Shown: positions 11,728-22,229, numbered from the stretch's first letter. The stretch: DNA of 64,000 nt from an uncultured Nitrososphaerales archaeon (GCA_963841565.1 CAWJCY010000003.1:32001-96000); one strand, 5' to 3'. Program-made: numbers and translations. Notes: a model not told the origin generated them from the letters alone.

Positions 11728-12047
11728 ATTTTGATTTTAGGCTGTAAACAGGGCGGAGCAAACTCCATCACTATGCTAAAAGAATTAGTAAAGATTCGTG
11801 CGGCTAGGATTGTGAGAGGTTGAAGAGTGTAATCAAATGTATGTATAATTAAAATGACCATTATGTACTAATTACATGCTTTAGCCCCATTGAAATACTA
11901 AAATATCTAAATACTATACTTTCACGCAAAAAAGGTAGCAATGTTAACTAGCGCAAGAAACTAAAATAAGTCTGGCTACCTAGTCTATTACATAGACAAC
12001 CTGTCACCTATCACCATTCAAAAGGAATTCAATGAGGGTGTGCCAAT

Positions 12048-12356
12048 TCACTGAACTTCGATAGCCGCCTCATTGAAACCCATTCTAAGCAGGTAACTCT
12101 TGACATCATCTCGATGGTCACCTTGCAGCATTATGAACCCGTCTTTTGCAGTGCCACCGCATGCAAACCTGCTTTTCAATTCCTTAATAATACTCTGAAC
12201 ATCACTTTGTTTTGGATCAATACCTTCAATCATCGTAGTTGTTTTGGAGAAACGCCTTTTTTCTAGTCGAACGATGATTCTTGTATCCTCTTTCTCCAAT
12301 TCGCCACAAGCACAAAGATCGTCGGGAAGGCCACATTTCTTGCATATAACCGCCAT
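12048..12356 (-). CDS. Translation initiation factor aIF-1 (SUI1)
   Basis: CGLP..LC, LKSRFACGGTAK, LQGDHR. Confidence 0.95.
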   Translation of the reverse strand: MAVICKKCGLPDDLCACGELEKEDTRIIVRLEKRRFSKTTTMIEGIDPKQSDVQSIIKELKSRFACGGTAKDGFIMLQGDHRDDVKSYLLRMGFNEAAIEVQ

Positions 12357-12542
12357 CTATTGATAGATATTTCCCCAATTCTTACTTTTAAGCCTTGCCT
12401 GATGAGAGTGGATTGTCAGGATGTTCGCTACGTATCCCATCCCTTGATGCAATAGGCTGATACATGACTGGACTAACCGTACTAATTCTCAATCCGTTAT
12501 CGCAATCTATTTAACCGTGTTAAGGTTCTTCAACCTGTAGCA

Positions 12543-12713
12543 ATGAGTAGCAGCAAGAAAAAGAATGCACCTCTTCCAGCCTCAAGCGCAGGGTTACTTC
12601 GATTCTTTGAAGATGAGACTAAGGGAGTAAAGATTAGGCCCGAATTGGTACTTGGGATAGCAGGAGGAATAATTGGTGTTTCTATCCTCATTCGCATAAT
12701 ATTCCCTGTGTGA
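12543..12713 (+). CDS. secG: Preprotein translocase subunit Sec61beta/SecG (not in ORF track)
   Basis: Manual translation MSSSKKKNAPLPASSAGLLRFFEDETKGVKIRPELVLGIAGGIIGVSILIRIIFPV; AGL.RFF motif plus one TM helix. Confidence 0.93.
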   Translation: MSSSKKKNAPLPASSAGLLRFFEDETKGVKIRPELVLGIAGGIIGVSILIRIIFPV

Positions 12714-14509
12714 AGTCACTTTTTATGTTTAGTCAGGCAGAGGATAGCGTTTCAAATATACATAAAAGATGGGCTCTAACCAAACTTAATCCATCCACTA
12801 GCAAAGTTTCTTTTGTAATTACATGTTGCGCCTTCAGTGCCCTTGTTGTCCTCACCAATGCTTACGTAACTGGTGTTGGATTCGATAACCCTACGTATCT
12901 CATTTACTATGTTGTAGTGGGCAACGCTGCCCTATTCGCACTGACGTATTTGGATTATACCCTTTTGAAGGGAACCTCCCTAACCAGACTGTCAAAGGTT
13001 TTTCATGTTTCTGCGTTCTCGTATCTTATCTGGTTGCTTACCTTGATCATTGGAATGCTGGCTCCTAATTTGATAACCAATGATGGTTCTGCAACCAACT
13101 CAAGTTATCTGCTGGAAGGACTACTCTTCGTGGCTGGATTTAGAATATGCATGTTTAAATCTGTTTTTGGAGCAACATTAGTGCGAGCCATCCCTGTAGG
13201 ATTGGTCGCTCCATTTATCATACTCCTTTTCTTTGTGCCACTTCAATTTGTTCCGGAGGTGTTTTCTGACCCGATTGCACTTGGATACGGGTTAGCTCTA
13301 GTCGGTATGGGGATTCTGTGGGCCATTATGGCAGATCGTGCGGGAAGGCCAGAGATAAGGAGCACGTTTGAAGTCTTGCAGGCATTTTTGGCCGCCTGGA
13401 CAGAAAAAGACGGAACAAGATTTGAGCGGATTGCCGAAGAAAAAGCAGATGAAAAACCTGTTTCTACGTTCATGTTGAAATTTTCACTTGACAAAACCGA
13501 TGGATACTCACTTGTTATCCCCGAAGTCCATCCTGGCCCTTTCCTGTCTGTGGGAGGCGAGCAATCTACCATATGTTCTATACAATGCATTTTCGGGAAG
13601 GGCGATGGTTTTGCATGGAGTATCTGACCACGCATTGAATATTCCCTCCAAAGATGAGCTGGACAGATACTTGAGAAGTCTCAAATCAGCAAAAAGCTCT
13701 CCTCCCATAGCCGTTGTTCGAGGCCGATCAGAGTTGAGAATGGTCACTGCAGCGTGACAGGAATTAGATTCGAAAGAGTCTGTATGCTAATTTTGTCCAT
13801 GTCTCCAAAAGGTATGGAGGATGTTCCATATTCAGTGCTCTCTCAACTTAATCTATACTCAAAGAAGATCGGATTTGATTCCTTGCTATTAATAGATAGT
13901 CACAACGCAATGGGTGTTTCATTAGATGCTCAGCAAACTGATCGGCTGCTCAGGACTTCCGAGCGCTGTTTAGACAAACTAGTCACTGCCGTAGAATATC
14001 CGTTTCGAGCAGGCTATGCTAACATTAAGGACATATCTGTCGGAACTGGCTTCGAGGACGATTTGGGTGAGTCTGGATTGGCTGTGCTTGCGTTGTGTAT
14101 CGACAACAAGTGGAACTTGCTGGGCTGGGCTGATTCTAATAACATGAAAAATGGACTGCGTGAGGCCATTTTGAATAAACTGACAAGCCAAGATCGCCAT
14201 TTGGTGGAAATCTGTACTTCGGATACTCATAGTACTTCAGGCAAAAGGACTAGGAATGGCTACTTCGCACTTGGAGAGCTTAGCAAAGAGGATTCGATCG
14301 TAGAAGCATTTCAAGCATTGTCACATCGAGCCATGGAGTTAGCAGAGTCTTCATCATTGGAGTTGTACTCGGCTATATCGAGCATAAAGGTGATGGGATC
14401 AAAACAGCTTGACGACTACTCATCTGCATTAGATAGATCGATGATGCTGACAAAGATATTCTTGTGTGCCTTGGCGGTGACTTTTGTTAGTATGACACTG
14501 TTGACTTGA
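12710..14509 (+). CDS. DUF2070-family membrane protein, two frameshifts
   Basis: Multi-TM N-terminus, HPGPF, LHG..DH..N, DSHN, DSNNM, TSDTH across ORFs 12710-13627, 13488-13757 and 13754-14509. Confidence 0.8.
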
Positions 14510-14651
14510 ACTGTGAAAAAAAGAGTGTTGGATAACCGCTGCTATTGCGATTGCTTATGTTATCTTTTGAATGAAATCGAATTACATCGTCTTTATCTTA
14601 GGATTGGCATGCAGCAAAATAAAGGAAGCCAATTTTTCGCTTTCAATTGAG

Positions 14652-14726
14652 TGGATGGGGAGAGATTTGAACTCTCGATCACCTGTGTGTGAGACAGGTA
14701 TCATAACCAGGCTAGACTACCCATCC
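14652..14726 (-). tRNA. tRNA-Val(CAC)
   Basis: Reverse complement GGATGGGTAGTCTAGCCTGGTTATGATACCTGT-CTCACAC-ACAGGTGATCGAGAGTTCAAATCTCTCCCCATCCA folds into a cloverleaf; no intron, CCA not encoded. Confidence 0.96.
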
Positions 14727-14864
14727 AAATTTTTATCGAAGAGCAAGCCCTTCGCACCTCTTCTACAATGCTAGACCGTGTATTTCAATATATTTCACTC
14801 GACTTCGTCTCCTCCATTCTTTAAGGTGATTTTATTCGGTGAGGGCGAATCTGAAGGTTGGGAG

Positions 14865-16118
14865 CTAAGTCCCTTGATCAAAGCCCTTCAAGTATTTCTG
14901 TTGATCTTGCGTCAGCTGGTCGATAAATACCCCCATGGAATGGAGCTTTGCCTCGGCTATGACCATATCCTGTTCTCGTTCAATTTCATAGACTCTGGAT
15001 TCAAGCGAACTATGTGTCTGTGCGATTCGGATGACCGAAAGAAGTTGATTTGCAAAGCTCATGTCCATAACTTCAGAGGGATGTCCTTCTGCTGCTGCGA
15101 GGTTCACCAGCCTGCCCTCTGCAATAAGGTATACGCTCTTCCCATTTGACAACTGATACTGGTAGACATGATCGTTTATCTTATTTTTCGCAGCCGCATT
15201 TTTCTCCAGAGCATCCACTGAAATCTCTACATTAAAGTGCCCTGCATTAGCCAATAATGCCCCGTCCTTTAACTTTAATATAGTTTCATAATCGATCACA
15301 TCTCTACAACCTGTTGTTGTTATAAACAGATCTCCTGTAGGGGCGGCCTCCGAAACTTTTGCAACTGAAAACCCATCTAACTTAGCTTTCAGAGCAGCAA
15401 TTGGATCGACTTCAGTAACGGTTACATTTGCTCCCAAGCCTGCCGCTTTTCGAGCAATTCCTTTGCCCACGTGTCCGTATCCAGAGACGACGACATTTTT
15501 TCCTGAAAACAAAATGTTTGTAGCACGAATAATACCATCCAACGCGGATTGACCAGTTCCATAGAAATTATCAAAGTCATGTTTTGTCTCTGCATCATTT
15601 ACCGCAATGATTGGGTATTTGAGAATGCCGCTCCTCTCCATAGATCTTAGCCTTACAACTCCTGTTGTTGTTTCTTCCGTTCCACCATAGACAGTCTTAA
15701 ATCTTTGAAAATCTTTGTGCATTTCTAGCGTGAGATCGGCTCCATCATCGATGGTTATGTTTGGATCGATCTTCATTGCTGAGTGGATGTCCTCGTAATA
15801 TTGTTGGGTTGATACACCTCTAGTGGCAAAAATTGATATTTTATCATCCTCAGCGAGGGATGCGGCCACGTCATCTTGGGTACTGAGAGGATTACATCCG
15901 CACCAGGAGAGTTGTGCACCCAAAGCCTTTAAAGAGTCAACCAATACTGCTGTTTCTTTCGTGACATGAAGACAACCTGTAACGCGAACACCCTGTAACG
16001 GTTTGCTTTTTTCATATTGCTTGGTCAAAGACTGCAAGACAGGCATATGGGACAATGCCCACTGAATTTTTCTCCTTCCTTCATTTGCTAAGGAGATATC
16101 AAGAACACGATAACTCAT
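14865..16118 (-). CDS. ahcY: Adenosylhomocysteinase (paralogue 1)
   Basis: CLHVTKET, CNPLSTQD, EETTTG, FDN.YGTGQS, GHFN, GRLVNL, GHP. Confidence 0.96.
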   Translation of the reverse strand: MSYRVLDISLANEGRRKIQWALSHMPVLQSLTKQYEKSKPLQGVRVTGCLHVTKETAVLVDSLKALGAQLSWCGCNPLSTQDDVAASLAEDDKISIFATRGVSTQQYYEDIHSAMKIDPNITIDDGADLTLEMHKDFQRFKTVYGGTEETTTGVVRLRSMERSGILKYPIIAVNDAETKHDFDNFYGTGQSALDGIIRATNILFSGKNVVVSGYGHVGKGIARKAAGLGANVTVTEVDPIAALKAKLDGFSVAKVSEAAPTGDLFITTTGCRDVIDYETILKLKDGALLANAGHFNVEISVDALEKNAAAKNKINDHVYQYQLSNGKSVYLIAEGRLVNLAAAEGHPSEVMDMSFANQLLSVIRIAQTHSSLESRVYEIEREQDMVIAEAKLHSMGVFIDQLTQDQQKYLKGFDQGT

Positions 16119-16252
16119 ACTGCTTGCCGATACGCGTGCCCTATATTATTTTATCTTCACGAGTCTTTGATAGGTTTTCCGTCTAGCCTCATAGTATAAC
16201 TGAGAAGTTAATTCTATTCCTTGTCAAAAAAATGTGTGTGAAGAGTACCTGA

Positions 16253-16345
16253 ATGATCGGAATTAGAAAAGAAGACTGGGAGGAAATAACGAAGAAGCAG
16301 AAGAAAAGAGAGGCATTGCAATCGTCTGAGAAAAAGAGAAACTAA
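16253..16345 (+). CDS. Putative 30-aa basic micro-protein
   Basis: MIGIRKEDWEEITKKQKKREALQSSEKKRN, purine-rich coding-like composition. Confidence 0.35.
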   Translation: MIGIRKEDWEEITKKQKKREALQSSEKKRN

Positions 16346-16493
16346 GAGTAATCCTGTTGTATTCTTGGAAGGGGTAAGCCTACATAATCGCCAGTGATAC
16401 TCTGATAGTTAGTGAAGATCACTCCAGACTAGGCTACCTTGCCTCTGGTTGGAGCGCAAGGTATATGATGATCGGATCGATTCTAGGTAAATT

Positions 16494-17012
16494 GTGCGGA
16501 AGTTTCAGATAGGCGTGATCGGCTACAACGATGATCGTTGCACCGAGGTCGCCAAAGAAATAGCATATGAAGTCGGTAAAGAAATCGCGCTCTCCGGCTC
16601 CGTGTTAGTATGTGGAGGTCTTGGAGGAGTAATGGATGCCGCATGTAGAGGTGCAAAGGAAGTGAATGGTGTTACGGTTGGCATTATTCCGCAAGATAAC
16701 TTTAGTTTCGCGAATCAATTTTGTGATATTGTGATTTGTAGTGGCATCGGATTTGCTCGAGATTTCATAGTGGCCACATCCTCTGACGGAATAATTGCAG
16801 TAGGTGGAGGAATTGGAACCCTTATTGAGATGTCAGTGGGCTACATGATCAAAAAGAAAATAGTTGCTATCTCGTCCAGTGGCGGGGTTTCTGATGTTTA
16901 CGCCGGTAAGTATCTGGATGAAAGGAAAAGGGTGCTAATTGAGGCGGCGCCAGACGCCAAGGCCGCCGTGCAGGCCATTCTAGATGATGATATTAAAAAG
17001 CACTTAGATTGA
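16494..17012 (+). CDS. TIGR00725/LOG-family Rossmann-fold nucleotide-binding protein
   Basis: IGVIG, CGGLGGVM.AACRGA, VGGGIGTLIE. Confidence 0.9.
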   Translation: MRKFQIGVIGYNDDRCTEVAKEIAYEVGKEIALSGSVLVCGGLGGVMDAACRGAKEVNGVTVGIIPQDNFSFANQFCDIVICSGIGFARDFIVATSSDGIIAVGGGIGTLIEMSVGYMIKKKIVAISSSGGVSDVYAGKYLDERKRVLIEAAPDAKAAVQAILDDDIKKHLD

Positions 17013-17134
17013 AGTCTATGCGCTATCTGTTAGCTTTCAGTCGTTGGAGCAGTCTCAGAGCGTTGTTGAAGGTACCGTCGCTAAATTTATTGTAACTTGA
17101 TGTTGCTTCCGCTTCTGCTACTTTCGCCGTAGCG

Positions 17135-18301
17135 TTAAGCTGCTAATTTGAGAAGATATGGATCAGGAGCATAAAACTTGCCATACTTGACTGACATTTC
17201 TTGTAATTTGTCGACAACCCTTTTTATCCCAAATTCCTCTGCAGTCGCCAGAAGTTCCTTTTTGAGTCCCATCCCTAGGCGTAGTGCTTTTTCTAAGTCT
17301 GATTGAGAGCAGACGCCATTAGAGAGGAGCCAACCTGCGTTGTTTGAAGCAACCGCCAGCATCACAATAGGGTCAAAAGCTGTGGCATCAGCTTGAACAA
17401 GATCTTTGCGCTCGTATTTGTCTGACGAATAGGAATAGAAACCTTCCCCAGTTTTTTGTCCGAGCTTTTTCTGTTCGAACAATTTTTCGATTAAGGGATG
17501 TGGATTAACCACCTTTTCATCCCTAAGATACATTTCATGACTTGCCTTGTTAACAACATCTAACCCAGTATAATCAGCCAGTTCAAATATCCCCATTGGA
17601 AAGCCTAGTTTGGATTTCATTGCAGCATCTATTTCCTCATACGTGACTCCATCTCGTTCCTTACAGAAGACGGCTTCATGAACCAGTGGTATGAAAATCC
17701 TATTTACTATGAACCCAGCTACATCTTTCTGTACAAGTACTGGAGTCTTTCCTATATCTTCTACAAAGCCCATTAATTTTTCAACAGTAATTTGATCGGT
17801 CTTGTGACCTCGGATCACTTCCACCAATTTCATTAGCTGAGGGGGATTGAAGAAATGTAACCCAATAAATGACGCAGGACGGTCTGTTAGGTCAGCCATC
17901 TCGCTTATTGGTAGAGTACTTGTGTTTGATGCGAAAAGAGTCTTGGGATCGGCATAGGAGCTTACTTCTTTGTAGACTATTCTTTTTAACGAAAGGTCTT
18001 CAGGTACCGCCTCGATAACAAGATCTGCATCCTTCAAACCTTCTTTCAGGTCTATCACAGGTACTAATCTGGAAAGTGTCTGCTCATAAGATTCTTTGGT
18101 CATCTTGTTTTTTTCAACCAACTTATTTAGTGACCACCTGATCTTATCCATAGCATTATCCAGGAACCTCTGCTCGACATCTCTCAATCGAACGTTGAAT
18201 CCAGCCATTGCGGCTATCTGTGCTATTCCGTGTCCCATAGTCCCTGAGCCTAGTACTGTAACATTTGCGATCTTGTCCATTCTTCGATCACATTGTATCA
18301 T
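17135..18301 (-). CDS. 3-hydroxybutyryl-CoA (3-hydroxyacyl-CoA) dehydrogenase
   Basis: GSGTMGHGIAQ, IEAVPE, ASNTS, GLHFFNP, GFIVNR. Confidence 0.93.
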   Translation of the reverse strand: MIQCDRRMDKIANVTVLGSGTMGHGIAQIAAMAGFNVRLRDVEQRFLDNAMDKIRWSLNKLVEKNKMTKESYEQTLSRLVPVIDLKEGLKDADLVIEAVPEDLSLKRIVYKEVSSYADPKTLFASNTSTLPISEMADLTDRPASFIGLHFFNPPQLMKLVEVIRGHKTDQITVEKLMGFVEDIGKTPVLVQKDVAGFIVNRIFIPLVHEAVFCKERDGVTYEEIDAAMKSKLGFPMGIFELADYTGLDVVNKASHEMYLRDEKVVNPHPLIEKLFEQKKLGQKTGEGFYSYSSDKYERKDLVQADATAFDPIVMLAVASNNAGWLLSNGVCSQSDLEKALRLGMGLKKELLATAEEFGIKRVVDKLQEMSVKYGKFYAPDPYLLKLAA

Positions 18302-18379
18302 TGGAAGGGGGCTTTTAGTCTTGCCTTAAATTGAAACCAATTTAAGAGAATGATTCTTTAAAGCCACCAGTATCAGTAA

Positions 18380-19048
18380 TTGGATCTATTTAGATTTACT
18401 GCTGACGTGTCCTCCCTTTCAGAGCGTATGACAAAGAATTCATCGGCAGAGGTAATTGATAGACTTGAATTTGTTAGAAATCGCTTAGTTGATCTCTACA
18501 AACGAAATCTAGTGAAAATAAATCACTCTGTTATGGAGCTTGTTTGTGCAAAACACTTGATAGAGTTTGGGTACACAGTCGATGTTGAGAGAAGATTAAC
18601 CGATATTCTGGTTTGCGACGTCTTTGCGAGCAAAGGCGACGGTGAAGCAATAGTTGAAATTGAAACTGGCTTCATACCTCCCGAGCATGCTCTAGATCCC
18701 ACGGCGTACTATGTTGCAAGAATTGCCAGCAAGATCTCTCGATACAGCAAGCATGCTAACAAATTTGTTCTTGCTACAACTCCAGTAAGCATTTTGCCGA
18801 TCCCAAACCTTTTTAGATTCCCTGTGCGAGCAAGGAGATCCGACGAGATTCAGAAATTAAAACTCGTATGTGACAACTATTACAAGGATCCTCCTATAGA
18901 AGTAGATGACATTCTCAATGGTAGGTTACATATGATCTATATCATAGACATCGATGAGGGGAAAATCCAAGAAATGGATGTGGAGACTTACTTCGATGAA
19001 CTACAGATTGCTTTTGATCTTTCGACTAGAATAATGGAAAAATTTTAA
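18380..19048 (+). CDS. Conserved hypothetical protein, PD-(D/E)XK-like fold
   Basis: H...E, VCDV...IVEIETG pattern. Confidence 0.6.
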   Translation: MDLFRFTADVSSLSERMTKNSSAEVIDRLEFVRNRLVDLYKRNLVKINHSVMELVCAKHLIEFGYTVDVERRLTDILVCDVFASKGDGEAIVEIETGFIPPEHALDPTAYYVARIASKISRYSKHANKFVLATTPVSILPIPNLFRFPVRARRSDEIQKLKLVCDNYYKDPPIEVDDILNGRLHMIYIIDIDEGKIQEMDVETYFDELQIAFDLSTRIMEKF

Positions 19049-19255
19049 GTCATGATAGATTCTCTAGTATGATACTAATAGTCGTCGTTGTCGAAGTACA
19101 TCAAATTAGACAGCCATAACACACAATTTCAAATCAACACATCTAAATTCTTCTTTATATTAAAATAATAAGATTCTGAATAAGCAATATTTGAATGCAT
19201 AGTTATACTAGTCTTCGTCCTACCGCTTAATAAATATGTAAAAGGAAATCTTGCG

Positions 19256-20185
19256 ATGTCTGACAACAAAGAATTGCTAACGATAGCAGCCATAGCTGCA
19301 GCATTGATGATGGTATTAGGTACTTCGATACCATCAAATGTATTAGCAAGCACTGGTATTGAAGCCGCACCAACAAGTGACGAAAATGGAAATGATGACA
19401 CTAGTAATAGTGATAGTGGTGACGGCAGTGGCGACAACTCAAATGACAACAGTGATAATAATAAAAGCAATGACAATAGTGATAACGGTAGCAAGGATGA
19501 CAGTGGAAATGATGAAAATAGTGATGATAGCAGTGGTAATAATGATAGTTCCGACTCAAACAACGAGGGCACTGGCGGCGTCCCTGAAGAGTATCTGGGA
19601 GAATATTCAACATGCGTTTCAGATCTATCTTCAGACGACAGCACGTTATCACAAGATGATGTAGTTGATTGTTATGGGCAAGTTTTTGGTCCTAATCCGA
19701 GTCATGATCTAGGTCCATTGACACAGAATGCTCCAACATCGCCTGCCACAAATATGCCAGGATTTGAAAACATGCCATCTGCGATGCAACAACCCGGAGA
19801 TCAACAACAGATGCAGCCTTTAGGTCAAACTCAGCCACAGGACGGACAACAACAACCAATTCAGCAACAACAATCATATCCTGCAGCAGGAGATCAACAA
19901 CAGATGCAGCCTTTAGGTCAAACTCAGCCACAGGACGGACAACAACCACAGATGCAGCCTTTAGGTCAAATTCAGCCACAGGACGGACAACAACAACAGA
20001 TGCAGCCTTTAGGTCAAACTCAGCCACAGGACGGACAACAACAACCAATTCAGCAACAACTGCAACAACCACAAACTGGCATGGGAAACCAACAGCAAAT
20101 GTCGCCAACAGAGCTTCCAATGGATGCGGGAATATTGGATGTAGAAACGATTAAGGAGATAGTAAAGCACAGATTAGCGCAATAG
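19256..20185 (+). CDS. Secreted low-complexity D/N/S-rich and Q/P-repeat protein
   Basis: Hydrophobic signal peptide, D/N/S tract, one Cys pair, QMQPLGQTQPQDGQQQ repeats. Confidence 0.75.
   Translation: MSDNKELLTIAAIAAALMMVLGTSIPSNVLASTGIEAAPTSDENGNDDTSNSDSGDGSGDNSNDNSDNNKSNDNSDNGSKDDSGNDENSDDSSGNNDSSDSNNEGTGGVPEEYLGEYSTCVSDLSSDDSTLSQDDVVDCYGQVFGPNPSHDLGPLTQNAPTSPATNMPGFENMPSAMQQPGDQQQMQPLGQTQPQDGQQQPIQQQQSYPAAGDQQQMQPLGQTQPQDGQQPQMQPLGQIQPQDGQQQQMQPLGQTQPQDGQQQPIQQQLQQPQTGMGNQQQMSPTELPMDAGILDVETIKEIVKHRLAQ
19808..20060 (+). repeat. Four near-identical 48-bp coding repeat units
   Basis: CAGATGCAGCCTTTAGGTCAAA(C/T)TCAGCCACAGGACGGACAACAAC at 19808, 19901, 19949 and 19997. Confidence 0.95.
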
Positions 20186-20308
20186 AAACCAGCTGTCTGT
20201 GAACTCAAATGATTTAGCAGTCAGCTAATTCTTCCCTCTTTTTTGGATTCAGAAATATTAGTAAGGATTAAAGAACTAAACACTACACTTAATTGAGAAA
20301 GTTTCCTC

Positions 20309-20815
20309 ATGAACCTGTTTGCCATCTTATTAAAGCAAGATGATCCATCAAAATGCACAGCTACGAAACTCGCTAAATTTCATTTATTGAAAACTGTCGT
20401 TCGTCCAAGACATGATACTTTGATCCTGAACCCGTTTTCTAGAGTTTGTTTGACGCGAAAGGATCGCGGCCTCTCTTCAGCCCTGTGTGTTATTGATTGT
20501 TCGTGGGAACGATCCGGTACAATACTTCAAAACCGGAAATGGCGATCCTATCCCCAATTACGCCGTCTTCCTGCATTATTGGCCGGAAACCCAGTCAACT
20601 ATGCAAAATTGGGGAAACTTTCAAGTGTTGAGGCGTTATCAGGGGCACTCTTAATACTGGGATATGATTCACAGGCATTTGCTATTCTTGACAAATTCAA
20701 ATGGGGACACACTTTCTATGAACTCAATTTGCATGCTATACGCGAATATTCTAATGCTGTGGATGAGGATGAGGTTTGTGAAATCCAGCGTCAGTATTTT
20801 GAGCAAGGAACTTAA
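20309..20815 (+). CDS. tsr3: 16S rRNA aminocarboxypropyltransferase Tsr3 (DUF367)
   Basis: DDPSKCT..KL, DCSW, RRLP.LLAGNPVNY, LSSVEAL, FKWGHTF.ELN. Confidence 0.93.
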   Translation: MNLFAILLKQDDPSKCTATKLAKFHLLKTVVRPRHDTLILNPFSRVCLTRKDRGLSSALCVIDCSWERSGTILQNRKWRSYPQLRRLPALLAGNPVNYAKLGKLSSVEALSGALLILGYDSQAFAILDKFKWGHTFYELNLHAIREYSNAVDEDEVCEIQRQYFEQGT

Positions 20816-20840
20816 ATTATGGCTAGGGGTAATAATGATG

Positions 20841-21149
20841 AGCTGAGAGGTGGTGAGCTGGTGTGTGGGTTACTCGAAAGAGAGGAAACTCCTCCCTCTA
20901 TGCAGGCACTCGGATCAGAGATGATCGATCGGAGACGGTCGGCTCCGGAACAGAAAAGATATCCAGCCTGGACAAGTATAAAGCTGTGATGGTGAATAGC
21001 CTGAGTGTCCTTAACTGGAATGAAACTGCCGACCCGAGTGGAGCAAGGCCAAACTGAGCATAAGACCCTGCAGCAGCTAAGGTAGGCCGCTAAGCGGAAT
21101 CCCACTTAAAACAGAAGGAGGGTTATTGCCAGGACACCATTTCTCAGTT
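20841..21149 (+). ncRNA. rnpB: Archaeal RNase P RNA
   Basis: GAGGAAACTCCTCCC (CR-I), ACAGAAA, TGAAAC, AACAGAAGGAGGGTTA (CR-V); ends pair (CTGAGAGGTGGTG/CACCATTTCTCAG); CTTAAAT TATA-like element at 20811. Confidence 0.93.
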
Positions 21150-21232
21150 TGCCTTTACTCATTGCTTATTTTCTAATGTTTTCAGGTACTAATTAATACA
21201 GGATGAACCACAAGTATTGATAATCTGGTTAG

Positions 21233-22195
21233 TTGAGAACTGCAATTTTTCCACAGACAAACGCTTCACGAGATCTGGCAGACACTTACGGCTACCACGA
21301 ATGGATGATTGGCCGATTCCTTGAATACATGCCTGATGTAGAGAAATGCTTGGCCTTAATGGAGTCCTCTTCAAATGCATACATTCGAACTAACAGCTTA
21401 AAGATTGATCCAAAGTCTCTTCTGAGCTTGCTTGAGGCTAGGAACATTGAGGTAGAGTCCACAGTGTTACCTGAAGTTTATAGAGTAGTCAGTACTTCCG
21501 TACCAATCGGAGCTACTCCGGAATATCTAGCTGGATTATACTACATTCAAGACCTTAGTTCTTGTATTGCCGTCGATGAACTGGAAGTTTCATTCAATCA
21601 ACAAAATATAGACATGGCTTGTGCCCCGGGAGGCAAAACAACCTTCATGGCCCAGAAAATGTGCAACTCAGGGGCGATATTTGCTATTGAGTCTAATCGA
21701 AGACGGATCCCATCGGTAATTTTCAATTTGTCTAGATGTGGAGTACTAAACACTTCACTATACAACATCGATGCTCGGTCAGTCGGCAGCTTAAACATGA
21801 CATTCGATAGGGTACTACTTGATGCCCCATGTACATGTGAAGGTATTATTTCCAAAGACAAAACAAGAAAAATTAGCCACGATCCGTCTGATATTGAAGA
21901 GTCTAGCCGACGGCAGCAGGAGATGCTTTTAGAAGCAACTAAGGTTGTTAAACCAGGAGGCCTCATAATCTACTCTACGTGCTCCTTTGCGCCGGAGGAG
22001 AACGAGGTAGTTATAGATGAGTTGTTGGAGGTCTTGGGTACCTCAATCGTCATTGAACCCGTTCGACATGGGCTCCCAGGCTTGACTCATTTCGGCGGTC
22101 GAAGGTTTCATTCAAGCCTCAGCCGCACGGCGAGACTATATCCACATTTGCATAATACAGTTGGTTTCTTTATTGCAAAGCTAAAGGTGAACTGA
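21233..22195 (+). CDS. RsmB/NOL1/NOP2 RNA m5C methyltransferase
   Basis: YYIQDLSS, DMACAPGGKTT, LLDAPCT, YSTCS..PEENE. Confidence 0.94.
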   Translation: MRTAIFPQTNASRDLADTYGYHEWMIGRFLEYMPDVEKCLALMESSSNAYIRTNSLKIDPKSLLSLLEARNIEVESTVLPEVYRVVSTSVPIGATPEYLAGLYYIQDLSSCIAVDELEVSFNQQNIDMACAPGGKTTFMAQKMCNSGAIFAIESNRRRIPSVIFNLSRCGVLNTSLYNIDARSVGSLNMTFDRVLLDAPCTCEGIISKDKTRKISHDPSDIEESSRRQQEMLLEATKVVKPGGLIIYSTCSFAPEENEVVIDELLEVLGTSIVIEPVRHGLPGLTHFGGRRFHSSLSRTARLYPHLHNTVGFFIAKLKVN

Positions 22196-22229
22196 TGATT
22201 CTTTTGCCATAACTATTTAGTGAGCATAC

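Noticed and set aside
14571-14774. 67-aa ORF
   Set aside because: Antisense to tRNA-Val
16424-16443. tRNA D-arm-like sequence on the minus strand (GGCAAGGTAGCCTAGTCTGG)
   Set aside because: No D-stem closure, anticodon arm or T-arm, and no integrase; too short to call a tRNA fragment or att site
19401-19652. His/Cys/Tyr-rich antisense ORF resembling a metallothionein
   Set aside because: Antisense shadow of the GAT/AAT/AGT-rich tract of the 19256 gene
19808-20060. Repeat array as a CRISPR
   Set aside because: Units are 48 bp, in frame and mostly contiguous, with no unique spacers and no cas genes
20812-21105. ORFs 20812-21105 (-) and 20863-21057 (+)
   Set aside because: They overlap the RNase P RNA gene and are spurious
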